From a virus (Duplodnaviria > Caudoviricetes): a DNA stretch of 64,000 bases. Positions 37,637-47,186 of the stretch are shown here, one piece after another. The notes under the pieces were generated by a model that saw only the letters and a program-made list of their open reading frames with translations, was not told the origin of the DNA and did not search any database. A program made the translations under genes and the position numbers. The stretch covers positions 96,001-160,000 of IMG/VR virus record IMGVR_UViG_3300020576_004755; one strand, written 5' to 3'. Numbering within the stretch: position 1 is the first letter of the stretch; each line of letters begins with the position of its first letter.

Positions 37637-38095
37637 TCAGGCTTCTTCGTCTTCCTCGGGGCGTTCGGGAACGAATGGATCGCAGTAGCTTGCGTAGGAC
37701 ATACCAGCTTCAATATGCTCTTCAAAGAATGGAAGATTTGAAAGACTTGATTGATGAACGCAGAACTTCAACTCCTCGTCATAGGGCAATGAATGACGGA
37801 ACGTGATTGTTTTCAAGTCCTTGAAGTCACGGAATCCATTTGACTGAGACTCGTTGAAAGGCTTGCCATAGAGCGAATACCAATACTCGTACTCAATCTC
37901 TCCCTCTTCAAAGGTAATATCTCGTACCTTGGTGGTTGGATCGCCTGGATCTGTTTCATACTCAGAGACAGAGAAGAGACTGAAATAGCGAATATGTAGA
38001 GCAATGTCATCTTCAAAGAGATTGCCGTAACGACGCTCTTTGTTCATATCGACGCAGCGATCTACGGGAAGCATGGAAGTTTTTCGAATGGTCAT
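37637..38095 (-). CDS. MTIR-tag family orphan
   Basis: starts MTIRKTS; acidic. Confidence 0.7.
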   Translation of the reverse strand: MTIRKTSMLPVDRCVDMNKERRYGNLFEDDIALHIRYFSLFSVSEYETDPGDPTTKVRDITFEEGEIEYEYWYSLYGKPFNESQSNGFRDFKDLKTITFRHSLPYDEELKFCVHQSSLSNLPFFEEHIEAGMSYASYCDPFVPERPEEDEEA

Positions 38096-38201
38096 TTTTG
38101 ATTGGGATTCCTGTGAAAAAAGAAATAGGTGTTTTTAAAACAGCACAGCTAACAGTAACGAGGATACCAGCCGAAGGATTAAGAGTAAATGCATTTCGAT
38201 A

Positions 38202-38717
38202 TTATTGCTCTGTTGGCAATGGAATATCGTAGCTTGCTCGGAAGTAGCCACCTTTTTTGGCATCAGGCAAATAGAAGTTAATGCTCTTAACTCCAAAATA
38301 GGCTTGAAGAACATCGTGCATGATGTAGAAGATTGCCGAAGGTTGAACGGTTATGCCTTGCTTCACAACCTTTTTGTTATCCACCGTTACGAAAGGAAAG
38401 TGAAGGACAGGAAGGATTGGCATGTAGCTCTGACCATAGAGAGAACTCTTTGATTCAAGATGGTTCTCAAAAGGAATCTCAAAGCTTGTTACGTGCTCGC
38501 TAAGTGTCTTTGTGTAGCTTGCCCAAATAAGCTTAACAGAGACTCTACGAACGTAGAGTCTTGTGTTTGTTGGTACGCCAATAGCAGAGCGAATCATGCC
38601 GTTGGTTCCGTTGTTGTATGGAATTGGATAATAGCCAGCATCCAACATATCTCCTGTATAGGAGGCATGAAAGAAGTGAGTGGTTACAGAACCGAAACTT
38701 CCCGAACGAATTGTCAT
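38202..38717 (-). CDS. MTIR-tag family orphan
   Basis: starts MTIRSGS. Confidence 0.7.
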   Translation of the reverse strand: MTIRSGSFGSVTTHFFHASYTGDMLDAGYYPIPYNNGTNGMIRSAIGVPTNTRLYVRRVSVKLIWASYTKTLSEHVTSFEIPFENHLESKSSLYGQSYMPILPVLHFPFVTVDNKKVVKQGITVQPSAIFYIMHDVLQAYFGVKSINFYLPDAKKGGYFRASYDIPLPTEQ

Positions 38718-38732
38718 AACAATAACTAGCAG

Positions 38733-39446
38733 TCAGTTTTCGTTCTTGATGCTTTCAATAAGATACGCCTTGAGAGTATCCAAGTCACCGGAATCAAGAA
38801 ACCTTTGAAGCTTGTCTTCGTCAACGTACTGATTTGCAGTTGCAAGATCTCTCCAACCTCTATCAGCACGTCCACTGTTGAACCGAAGACCTACGTTTGA
38901 AAGGTCAAAGTTCTTTGGATCGTTGTCCTTTGAATAAGCATAGATAAGACCGGAATAGATAGAAATTCCAACAAACTCAGGTGCTTTGTATTCAATCTTC
39001 ACTTCACCGGAAGCAATCTTCTCCATAACGAACGCAGGGATTTTGAAGAATAGCTCAGGATCATCTTCGTCTTGTTGAACTACAGGCTGTCCAAGAATTG
39101 CAGACTGCACAGGAGCAGAGTTCACAGAAGGCGCAGGAAGCACCACAGAAGCGTTTGGAAACTTGGCAAGGTATCTTGCGTGTGCATTCTTCATTGCCTG
39201 CCTAGAATGCCACTCTGAGATGCAGGAATAGGTATCCACAATGCTATCGTCGTCTGGTCGATTGACTCGGATGACAAGCGAGATGATTGTGTTATCATCG
39301 CCACGAGCAGTAGTCTTCTCGTTGTACTTCTCCATACGAACAAGTTGGAACTCGATTTCTGGTCCGTTCCTTCCGGTATCCATAACAAGACGGCTCAAAT
39401 ATGAGCTATCTGCGGATACTTTCTTGTAGTGAGTTTGAATGGTCAT
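38733..39446 (-). CDS. MTIR-tag family orphan (variant)
   Basis: starts MTIQTHY. Confidence 0.7.
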   Translation of the reverse strand: MTIQTHYKKVSADSSYLSRLVMDTGRNGPEIEFQLVRMEKYNEKTTARGDDNTIISLVIRVNRPDDDSIVDTYSCISEWHSRQAMKNAHARYLAKFPNASVVLPAPSVNSAPVQSAILGQPVVQQDEDDPELFFKIPAFVMEKIASGEVKIEYKAPEFVGISIYSGLIYAYSKDNDPKNFDLSNVGLRFNSGRADRGWRDLATANQYVDEDKLQRFLDSGDLDTLKAYLIESIKNEN

Positions 39447-39871
39447 AGTTTTTTACCGACGTACCAGTTTGGGTTTATCTTGCCTGACTCTACCACAAGT
39501 TCCTGCCAATGTCTACCAACAGACTCAATTACTGCACGAATGATATGAACAAAGAAGTCAAACTGCACAGGATATGCCTGTCTCATATAAACATCTTCGA
39601 ATCCCATTGCCGATGCATGAACGTGTGCTTCAAGTCCTGCCTTGAATCTTTTGATCTCTTGTGGGGTAATACAATGATCTCCAACCCAAGTGTGGAATAT
39701 GTCTATTTGCTTTGAATGAAGCCCTTGAACCCAAAGACCATATTTCATCCAATCAAATACGAAAACAAGTGTCTCACCCGTTAGATGGGAATGTCCGAAG
39801 TCCGTTCTATGCTTTGAACGATGGTGCCAGAGATATTCTTTTTCGGTGAGATAGCTTGTTCTTATGGTCAT
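39443..39871 (-). CDS. MTIR-tag family orphan
   Basis: starts MTIRTSY. Confidence 0.7.
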   Translation of the reverse strand: MTIRTSYLTEKEYLWHHRSKHRTDFGHSHLTGETLVFVFDWMKYGLWVQGLHSKQIDIFHTWVGDHCITPQEIKRFKAGLEAHVHASAMGFEDVYMRQAYPVQFDFFVHIIRAVIESVGRHWQELVVESGKINPNWYVGKKL

Positions 39872-39886
39872 ACCATAAGATAGTCT

Positions 39887-40471
39887 TTATTTGGCATAAT
39901 TCTCTAGTTCAAAAATGTCATTTCTGATGAAATTCTGATAAGTGTCGTTCTGTTTTTTGAATTGCTCGGCAAGCATAGCGTACTTCTTTGATCCCTTTCT
40001 TACGCCTCTGAATACCTCTTTTGATGAGTACATGTATGGTGAAACGATGATTGGATTCTCTGGATCTACTTGCCTTGAACTATAAGTCCAATTTACAAAA
40101 ATAGTGAAGCGCATCGAAGACTTTGAAAGATAGATTGGAGTATGAGTGATAGGTACATATTCACCAATCGCAATCTTATATAGCATATCCTTTGAAATTG
40201 CTACCTTCTTTTTCTTCACAGAGCCCTTGTTGACTCGGTTGAGATAGACTCCTGCGCTGCTGCCAGGGTTCATTTGCCAAAACACAGTATTTTCCTTGTT
40301 GACGATCGGATGGACCATACTTACCCAACCACCTGATCTCGCTTTGATGAACTCTTGAACGAAGGATGAATTTTTTAACCCAATCCCACCTTTCCAGTAA
40401 GCATGGAAATTCATGTGCAGATGGAAATTGTTCCTTGCAATTTCATTTGAATGTGAAAGTCGGATAGTCAT
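39887..40471 (-). CDS. MTIR-tag family orphan
   Basis: starts MTIRLSH. Confidence 0.7.
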   Translation of the reverse strand: MTIRLSHSNEIARNNFHLHMNFHAYWKGGIGLKNSSFVQEFIKARSGGWVSMVHPIVNKENTVFWQMNPGSSAGVYLNRVNKGSVKKKKVAISKDMLYKIAIGEYVPITHTPIYLSKSSMRFTIFVNWTYSSRQVDPENPIIVSPYMYSSKEVFRGVRKGSKKYAMLAEQFKKQNDTYQNFIRNDIFELENYAK

Positions 40472-40664
40472 CTCTTAGTCTTTCTATGTGTTTCTTCCAT
40501 GAAGTCTTGGTCTTTATGTGTAAGGTTGGAACGGCTGTAATTTCACCTTTCCACAGAATCCACGAATCAAAGAATTCTCTATACCAATTGCCATATCTAA
40601 CATGCATAGTTACGGTGGCAAGTTCACAGTAATCAAAGAACGAGCTTGTTCGTCGAATGGTCAT
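40443..40664 (-). CDS. MTIR-tag family orphan
   Basis: starts MTIRRTS. Confidence 0.7.
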   Translation of the reverse strand: MTIRRTSSFFDYCELATVTMHVRYGNWYREFFDSWILWKGEITAVPTLHIKTKTSWKKHIERLRDDYPTFTFK

Positions 40665-40665
40665 T

Positions 40666-41073
40666 TTATAGAGCTACTCTGTTGTCCGTGATGGATAGAT
40701 CGGGATAAGGTCTTGTTCGATACTCTCTGAGTACCCTTGTAATCTCTGCAAAAAATGGTGCGTTTGTCTCGTTTATGTAACCTATTGACAAGTCTTCTCT
40801 AACATGTAGGAACATACGTTCGTTTCTAATGTTTCTATCTGGATAGCTTGATGTATTAGAATCTCTTTCAATAATTCTGAAACTTTGACAGGCTAGAACA
40901 TGCGTATCCGTGTAAGTATTGTTTATTTCAAACGCCGCAAGAAAGAATCGATGATAGCCTATCTCTTCAAGCCAAGAGAAACCCCAGGAGTTTTTACGTG
41001 GCAAATGCTCAGTTTCCGCATACGTGTAGACCGAGCTTATGTCATGAGGCTTGTATTTTGTTCTGATTGTCAT
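40666..41073 (-). CDS. MTIR-tag family orphan
   Basis: starts MTIRTKY. Confidence 0.7.
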   Translation of the reverse strand: MTIRTKYKPHDISSVYTYAETEHLPRKNSWGFSWLEEIGYHRFFLAAFEINNTYTDTHVLACQSFRIIERDSNTSSYPDRNIRNERMFLHVREDLSIGYINETNAPFFAEITRVLREYRTRPYPDLSITDNRVAL

Positions 41074-41588
41074 ACGACTTTACTGAAATCCCCGTTTTGA
41101 AGAAGCTCCTCGGACCATGCTATCTCTTTTTCCATGAGTATCTTTGTTTCTGGTTCAAGGAACTTTCTCCACTCTTCCATTCCTCTTTTCAGATAAGAGC
41201 TTCTAACAGACTCGTAGAGTTCTCTGGAATGAATGAGATACATTTGATCTACTTCTATCCACTCAAGCAGCTCCATTATTTTGGCATCTGCTTCTTGCGA
41301 ATATCCGAACAAGAGAAAGTTTGGATCATGACAATTGCATTCTTCCAAGCATAGGTCTTTCAACAACTGCTCTCTTTTGTCATATGGAATCGTCTTGTAA
41401 GACAAGGTTCTAACTTTAGAATCCCATTGTTTTGCACCATAATTGACAACGCAAATATATGGCAGATGAAAGTGATACCTTCCATTATCTGTGATATCGG
41501 GAGGATGAATCACACTATTATCGTGGTATTTGAAGTCGTCGATTCTCAAGGCTGGCTTGAGATTTGCATATTGTTGTCGGATTGCCAT
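41070..41588 (-). CDS. MTIR-tag family orphan
   Basis: starts MAIRQQY. Confidence 0.7.
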   Translation of the reverse strand: MAIRQQYANLKPALRIDDFKYHDNSVIHPPDITDNGRYHFHLPYICVVNYGAKQWDSKVRTLSYKTIPYDKREQLLKDLCLEECNCHDPNFLLFGYSQEADAKIMELLEWIEVDQMYLIHSRELYESVRSSYLKRGMEEWRKFLEPETKILMEKEIAWSEELLQNGDFSKVV

Positions 41589-41606
41589 TTTGAAAAACGA
41601 TTTTCA

Positions 41607-42074
41607 TCAATAAATGTTGAACATGGGCTTGATGAATCTCTTGTAGATCAGATCAAGCTCTTCTTTGTTTGTTGCCGTTGTAGCAATAACCCAAGCGGCA
41701 TAGTCTTCGCTCCAGTCAGCAACGAAGCCAACTGTTCCAAATCCCCATTGGTATTCTTTTGGAGCCTCTTGAAGCTCTAAGGAAAATTTGTTGTGGAGCA
41801 TACCCGAGATAGCATTGTATTCAAGATATATGGGTCTTGCATACGATGGAGTCTTGATTGTAAGCAATGGTTTCCATGGCATGATCATCTTTTGAAGAGT
41901 AATGAATTTGCCTGGATTAAGGTACAAACTGTTTGAGTGAGCACCAAATGCATTTGTGTAGAAGCCTGCATTGAAATGGGTCTTCTCCAAATTGGGCGAT
42001 GCCATGTAGATAAAGGCAGGCTTGTTTTTGTTGTAAGGCTTTGCTTCAAACTTTGCTGTCAATCGAATTGTCAT
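41607..42074 (-). CDS. MTIR-tag family orphan
   Basis: MTIRLTA, ATGA overlap. Confidence 0.7.
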   Translation of the reverse strand: MTIRLTAKFEAKPYNKNKPAFIYMASPNLEKTHFNAGFYTNAFGAHSNSLYLNPGKFITLQKMIMPWKPLLTIKTPSYARPIYLEYNAISGMLHNKFSLELQEAPKEYQWGFGTVGFVADWSEDYAAWVIATTATNKEELDLIYKRFIKPMFNIY

Positions 42075-42481
42075 AGCCATTTCACATTTCTTTGCATGAC
42101 GTTTACTGCTTGATCGTAGATACGAGTCTCTGTTGTGACCATGGTGATATCATGATCGCGGATTATGCCTTGTTCAACAAAGATATCCTTGACGAGAGTC
42201 TGGATCCTTATGCCAATGTCATCTGGATATCTGTCAAACTTCCAGTAGTGAGTTTTTGGAGCTACAATCGAACCATGAGCGATTTCTATGATGTAACTTC
42301 TCACATTATCAACGGTCTTGTATTGAACAGAAGAGAACTTGGTTTGAACAAACTTCGGCTCAAGCATCATACAAGAATCGAAGTATTTCACACCACTTCT
42401 CATGGTATCAGAGAATGTTGCTCTGAACGCTTGATTGTAGCTGTGAATGCTATATACGTCGCTGTTTGCTCTAATAGCCAT
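42071..42481 (-). CDS. MTIR-tag family orphan
   Basis: starts MAIRANS. Confidence 0.7.
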   Translation of the reverse strand: MAIRANSDVYSIHSYNQAFRATFSDTMRSGVKYFDSCMMLEPKFVQTKFSSVQYKTVDNVRSYIIEIAHGSIVAPKTHYWKFDRYPDDIGIRIQTLVKDIFVEQGIIRDHDITMVTTETRIYDQAVNVMQRNVKWL

Positions 42482-42893
42482 AGGAAGGTATTACTCTTGA
42501 ATAATGAGAGTATTGCTGAGCAATCGGGTTGATGAAGGCTGTAACTGCTCTATGATAAGGACCGCCTTTGTCATAGTGACCAGACGGATTCCGAAACTTG
42601 TTAATCACATCAAAAGACAATCCATCGTTTGATGGCTCGATGATAAATGCATACGAGGGTCGAGTGTTATATTGGAAGCCAGCACTTTTTGTCAGAAGGT
42701 ACTGAGTGGTCTTTGCCTTTCTTTTGCGTCCGTCTCCGAAGACTCCATAGGAAAAATGGATCTTGGTTGTGATATGAGTTCTTACCGAAGCATCTATCGT
42801 ATCGGTGTAAGAACTTATATGTACGTCAACACGAAAAGCCCTGATGGAGTCTTTTCTTATTTGAGGCAATCTATCTTGTCTGCGTATTGTCAT
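42471..42893 (-). CDS. MTIR-tag family orphan
   Basis: starts MTIRRQD. Confidence 0.7.
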   Translation of the reverse strand: MTIRRQDRLPQIRKDSIRAFRVDVHISSYTDTIDASVRTHITTKIHFSYGVFGDGRKRKAKTTQYLLTKSAGFQYNTRPSYAFIIEPSNDGLSFDVINKFRNPSGHYDKGGPYHRAVTAFINPIAQQYSHYSRVIPSYGY

Positions 42894-42902
42894 AATAGCT
42901 TA

Positions 42903-42932
42903 ATGTTATACCAGTCTGGTGAAGCAATAAAC
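42903..42932 (-). promoter_or_regulatory. GTTTATT-class promoter
   Basis: GTTTATT-N17-TAACAT, 9 nt before ATG 42893. Confidence 0.55.
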
Positions 42933-42943
42933 CATTAACAACA

Positions 42944-43795
42944 TTACTTGTTGCTATGCCTGAAAGCATAATCACGGTCTAGCATATCACCAATTTCACG
43001 CTTCATTGCTGTTATTGCCTTGTAAACGTCATATGGCATATCTGGATTTTGATTATATGACTTTTGAATTGACTTTTTCTCCGGTGAGAACAAGGAGTTG
43101 CCATCGAAGTTGCATTCATATACTTTCCATCCACAGAAGAATTCTGAATCAACGTTCTTTGATAGTCTAACTTCATCTTCTTCTGTGATTACGTCAGGAA
43201 TTAGAAGACCTAACCTTGCATCTTCTATTCTCTTGCTGAGACTGAACTTGTCAGAGACGTTTTCGATGTATAGGCTGAGTTCACTTTTTGTTGTTGATGA
43301 TGATGCAGATGTTTTGGCACTAGGATTGATAGCTTGAAACAGAGTGAACTCTAGCAAACCTTCTCTCACTCTGATCAAGTTATCCCACGAATCATAGATG
43401 AATGTATTCATAACAGGAATATATGGAGCCCAGACATATCCAGAAGTTAACATGTTGCTGGTACCTGTGCCTGTGTATTGCAACGACGTTGTGGCACTAC
43501 TTGCTGTTATCGAAAGTGGGGTGTTTGCGTTGATAGTGATTGATGCTGTGCCTGTTCTAGTTGCTGGAAGGGTGATTGTGTTCGTAGTGACGCTACTTGT
43601 AGTGACGCTATTTGGATTTACCGTTGACCACCAAGGATTAGACGCAGACATATTTGTTGGCATCGGTGTTGTTACAACGCTTTGTACTTTTCCAATGTTG
43701 TCAACTCGTTTATCTATTACAACATGCCAAAAAGCTCTCTGACCGTTTAACAGTCCTCCATGAAGTCCTTTTGCTATAGATTTCCTTATTCCCAT
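42944..43795 (-). CDS. MTIR-tag family protein with Thr/Ser-rich linker and a capsid-like GYVWAPYIP peptide
   Basis: starts MGIRKSI; GGAGG RBS. Confidence 0.7.
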   Translation of the reverse strand: MGIRKSIAKGLHGGLLNGQRAFWHVVIDKRVDNIGKVQSVVTTPMPTNMSASNPWWSTVNPNSVTTSSVTTNTITLPATRTGTASITINANTPLSITASSATTSLQYTGTGTSNMLTSGYVWAPYIPVMNTFIYDSWDNLIRVREGLLEFTLFQAINPSAKTSASSSTTKSELSLYIENVSDKFSLSKRIEDARLGLLIPDVITEEDEVRLSKNVDSEFFCGWKVYECNFDGNSLFSPEKKSIQKSYNQNPDMPYDVYKAITAMKREIGDMLDRDYAFRHSNK

Positions 43796-43824
43796 AATGA
43801 CGACACCCTCCCCTTGCTCTTTTT

Positions 43825-44211
43825 TCAGTTATTGTGAGTATCAGTGTACGGGAATGCCTTTAGCTCGTATTGAATGGAATTGCTAAATGGAGAACTTGTC
43901 TCTGTGCGACATACAACAATGTAGTGTTCGCTGCCGTCTACTTGTTCATTTACTGTACGAACTTCTGAATAAGACTCAATGGAAGCGGAACGTGATCCGG
44001 TCTGAGACTTGCAGAAGTTTGTAATTCTCTGTTCTTTATGAACTGCATCGCGAGCCATTTGATTATTGCATGAGCTGATTCCAGAAACAGCAAATCCAAT
44101 CAAAATACCTATGAGTGCAATCGGAGTCTCGACAATAAGAAACTCTAGTAGTTCTAGTGTTGCGCTGTATATTTTCTTCAATAGTTCTAGCATGGTTTTT
44201 GTTTTCTTCAT
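43825..44211 (-). CDS. membrane protein
   Basis: hydrophobic helix followed by Cys-containing region. Confidence 0.6.
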   Translation of the reverse strand: MKKTKTMLELLKKIYSATLELLEFLIVETPIALIGILIGFAVSGISSCNNQMARDAVHKEQRITNFCKSQTGSRSASIESYSEVRTVNEQVDGSEHYIVVCRTETSSPFSNSIQYELKAFPYTDTHNN

Positions 44212-44213
44212 TC

Positions 44214-44696
44214 TCAATTATTGTTGTTGCTATTATTGTTAGTTGAGGTGATTGTGCAGTTTTCGTTTATGAACTCGATGACGTTGTGGCTTCGGTCAAT
44301 GATGTAGAAGTAATTGCCACGACGCTCGCTGTAGCCAACATAATACGCTTGATAGCGTCGAACTGACTCTGGACTGCTCATGCATACAGTGTCGTGTCCT
44401 TCGCTGTCAAAGTTCATTTGAACCATACGGTGATCGCATGATACGGTGATTACATGATTTATTTCTCTGTTATGCTGCCAGGTGTCTTCAACGTTTTTTG
44501 CTTCGTAGCGAATAATTCCAACTACGATCAAAAGAATTGCCAAAAAAGTGCCGAAGATAATGAAAAAGGCAAGCCAGCCAGCTTTTAGCTCATATTCTGT
44601 TCCTGTTGAATACCGATATGAATCATAGAAAATGTTTGTTAGCTTTTTCTTGAATGCTTTGTACTTATCGTTGAGTTTGTCTTTGAATGTTGTCAT
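44214..44696 (-). CDS. membrane protein
   Basis: single TM helix. Confidence 0.65.
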   Translation of the reverse strand: MTTFKDKLNDKYKAFKKKLTNIFYDSYRYSTGTEYELKAGWLAFFIIFGTFLAILLIVVGIIRYEAKNVEDTWQHNREINHVITVSCDHRMVQMNFDSEGHDTVCMSSPESVRRYQAYYVGYSERRGNYFYIIDRSHNVIEFINENCTITSTNNNSNNNN

Positions 44697-44703
44697 TTTT
44701 TGG

Positions 44704-44928
44704 TTATTCTTTGTGATAGATTATTGATATCTTGGATTGAAACTCTGGAAGGGTGTTTGTTGGTTTGCAGGACTCGTTGACATTCAGCTCCAACTTGATA
44801 TTCTCACGAACACAGATAGCATCAAGTGCTCTCAATGCTTCAATGTCAAGCTTTCTTTCTTCTGTCAGAAGAAATCTGTTGAATTCCTGTTCTGTTGGAG
44901 AAGAAAGAAGCATATGTTTACTTGCCAT
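44704..44928 (-). CDS. hypothetical protein
   Basis: ORF in operon. Confidence 0.55.
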   Translation of the reverse strand: MASKHMLLSSPTEQEFNRFLLTEERKLDIEALRALDAICVRENIKLELNVNESCKPTNTLPEFQSKISIIYHKE

Positions 44929-45403
44929 TGTTCTTTTCTTTCTCTAGCTGTTGCCTAATTGCAAATAATTGCTTGGTTAGTGGTCCTTCGTTGTTTGTTG
45001 GATCAAACTTCTCAATGCTTCGCTTTCCAAAGCGTTTGTCAAGCATTAGAAATGCTTTGGTGATATCTCGCCTATCCATTTGCAAAATATCTGCTGGTTT
45101 GTTATTTATCCAATGCATCATGCCAACCAAAGCAGAATGAGTATTGTAAATGCCATTGTCCCAAGCTTTAGCATTTCTCTCTTCTTTCGAAAGAGTTGGT
45201 TCTAGCAATCTAAGCTCATAGACGTATCTATCGAACTTGTTAGAGTTTGCTTTGAAGATGGTCTTGCCATCAAAATGAATACGAAACTCTGATTCAGAAG
45301 AATCATGAGACTTTCTATACTTGGTTAAATGAACCGTGACTATGCCTTTGACAGATTCGGCAAAGTTTGACTCAACAAGCTTTTTTGTTTTGCTCCAAGT
45401 CAT
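44918..45403 (-). CDS. conserved hypothetical protein (SF0329-like)
   Basis: WSK.K...YRKSHD...LDKRFGKR pattern, recalled from memory. Confidence 0.55.
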   Translation of the reverse strand: MTWSKTKKLVESNFAESVKGIVTVHLTKYRKSHDSSESEFRIHFDGKTIFKANSNKFDRYVYELRLLEPTLSKEERNAKAWDNGIYNTHSALVGMMHWINNKPADILQMDRRDITKAFLMLDKRFGKRSIEKFDPTNNEGPLTKQLFAIRQQLEKEKNNGK

Positions 45404-45609
45404 AGCGACTCCAATTTCTCTATTTCTTCATCTGTTAAATCAATGTAAAATGTTACCGTTGTTTCGGTTCCACCGAACTCATCGCCAATGGCTCTACCAA
45501 TCGTTTTCAGAAGCCTCTTACATTCTTTTCTTGCTCTCTCAATAGAAGAGCCATTCATGTTTGAGACGCCTTTGAATGTGATTCCATCTGGATTAGCGAA
45601 GTATTCCAT
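45400..45609 (-). CDS. hypothetical protein
   Basis: ORF in operon. Confidence 0.55.
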   Translation of the reverse strand: MEYFANPDGITFKGVSNMNGSSIERARKECKRLLKTIGRAIGDEFGGTETTVTFYIDLTDEEIEKLESL

Positions 45610-45859
45610 TATCAACCTCAAATATTTGGAAGCAGTCAACTAAAGGAAAATAGACAACTTGTCCGACTGAGCAATGATCTAAGTTGCCAACATTTGCTAG
45701 AGTGATTGTTAGTACTCCGTTGTTTGTTTCTCGTAGAATCCCTGGATGTTGACTCCAAAAGTCCACAGCAACTACAGTGCCTTGAATGTCACCATAATGA
45801 CTATAAGTCGAGGCATCTTTCTTGGCTTTCAGTTTGTCGCCTACTTTTGGAATGTTCAT
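45593..45859 (-). CDS. hypothetical protein (similar to 1064-1333)
   Basis: PKVGD...QGTV..V...N.G.L...SVG. Confidence 0.6.
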   Translation of the reverse strand: MNIPKVGDKLKAKKDASTYSHYGDIQGTVVAVDFWSQHPGILRETNNGVLTITLANVGNLDHCSVGQVVYFPLVDCFQIFEVDNGILR

Positions 45860-45863
45860 TTGA

Positions 45864-46067
45864 TCAGCCTCTTGTGATCTTAAAGATGTTTCCTGACGCA
45901 TCGACATTTAGATTGATTCTGTCAGGACGATAGTCCATTGTGCAAATAATGTGTTGACCTTCAACAAAGGTTACTCGACACATGACACCGTGCTCTTTGC
46001 AATAAGCTCTGGCATCTGCTTCTGTCATTCCAATGAGTTCTTGTGGATCGAATTTGTCAATGTTCAT
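45864..46067 (-). CDS. serine protease inhibitor-like (I78 / potato inhibitor I fold)
   Basis: LIGM...A...RV...CTMDYRPDRINL.V...I...G. Confidence 0.75.
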   Translation of the reverse strand: MNIDKFDPQELIGMTEADARAYCKEHGVMCRVTFVEGQHIICTMDYRPDRINLNVDASGNIFKITRG

Positions 46068-46243
46068 TTTCTGATTGTCTTTCTTTTTGTTGGTCTAGGA
46101 GCACCGCAACAGTTGCAAGTATCGTCTTTTGCAGAAAAGCCTTTGTCGTATGCTTTACAGTATTCACAGGTTCTCTCACGATTGATTTCTTCAATTGCGC
46201 GGAGAGTTGGTTCGATAATATCACGTTGTACGTTGATTGCCAT
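46064..46243 (-). CDS. small zinc-ribbon protein (59 aa)
   Basis: CEYC...CNCCGAP; ATGA overlap. Confidence 0.55.
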   Translation of the reverse strand: MAINVQRDIIEPTLRAIEEINRERTCEYCKAYDKGFSAKDDTCNCCGAPRPTKRKTIRK

Positions 46244-46252
46244 TTGTCTTTC

Positions 46253-46579
46253 TCACTTTAGTTGATGCATTGGTTCAAGTGGACCACATGGAAGTCCATT
46301 GGAAATGAATGTGTCTCTGATAAAGTTTGCTACATCTATGGCAGTAACTCCAGCAGGCAAGTCCTCGTAGAATGAAAGCTCTTCCACTGTTAACCCTGCT
46401 GCGTTGTCGTCACCACCAGAGTCCAAACACACTCTAAACTTATTTTCCGCTTCTCTAACGGTTTGATGAAGGACCATATTAATATCCTTGTTACATTGGT
46501 CAGGAAATACTTCAAATGGATAGCAATCGATGACATTTGTGTGTTCATTAACCTGTTGGACGCTTACTTTATGTTTCAT
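46253..46579 (-). CDS. hypothetical protein
   Basis: ORF after promoter. Confidence 0.65.
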   Translation of the reverse strand: MKHKVSVQQVNEHTNVIDCYPFEVFPDQCNKDINMVLHQTVREAENKFRVCLDSGGDDNAAGLTVEELSFYEDLPAGVTAIDVANFIRDTFISNGLPCGPLEPMHQLK

Positions 46580-46610
46580 GGCTCTCTTTCAATGTTCTGT
46601 TAGTTCTATA

Positions 46611-46640
46611 ACTCTAGCATCCGAGACAAGCCGAATAAAC
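46611..46640 (-). promoter_or_regulatory. GTTTATT-class promoter
   Basis: GTTTATT-N17-(TGc)TAGAGT. Confidence 0.6.
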
Positions 46641-46656
46641 CATAAACCGGATTTCA

Positions 46657-46914
46657 TCAACGACGACCGCTCATTTTATCAAGCTGCTTGTAATGGAAAT
46701 CGCTCATGTAAAAACGATGATATGGATTGAAACCAACAACGCATGATTCATAGTTCAGAATCAATCTATCGTGCCGGTGCTTAGAGATCCAACAGAAGTT
46801 AACAACATGCTTCTTCAACTCCGCATTATCTATCATCAAGAATCCATTAAGGTTCTTGGTGTCAAGAATCTGTGTATGCTCGGGGCATAGTTCTGGTTGT
46901 CTTCGAATGGTCAT
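46657..46914 (-). CDS. MTIR-tag family orphan
   Basis: MTIRRQP. Confidence 0.7.
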   Translation of the reverse strand: MTIRRQPELCPEHTQILDTKNLNGFLMIDNAELKKHVVNFCWISKHRHDRLILNYESCVVGFNPYHRFYMSDFHYKQLDKMSGRR

Positions 46915-46916
46915 AA

Positions 46917-47171
46917 TCAAAAAACAAGTCCTCTTGATATGCTACTGTGGCTGAAAAGATATTCCTGAAAGACCCTGGTGACATAAATGTTAGCAAATGT
47001 GTCAGCTCCAATGCCATTAATTCTTGAATACCATGATCTTGGTTCATTGTACATTCGATACAATTTAATCCAGTCACAGACCATGACAACGTAGACGTTG
47101 GTTTTGTTCTTTGTCCAGTCATAGTCCAGATAGCGATCGACGGTGTAGCTAAAGGTTTTTCGTATTGCCAT
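46917..47171 (-). CDS. MTIR-tag family orphan
   Basis: starts MAIRKTF. Confidence 0.7.
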   Translation of the reverse strand: MAIRKTFSYTVDRYLDYDWTKNKTNVYVVMVCDWIKLYRMYNEPRSWYSRINGIGADTFANIYVTRVFQEYLFSHSSISRGLVF

Positions 47172-47186
47172 TGTTGTTGCTCTGCC

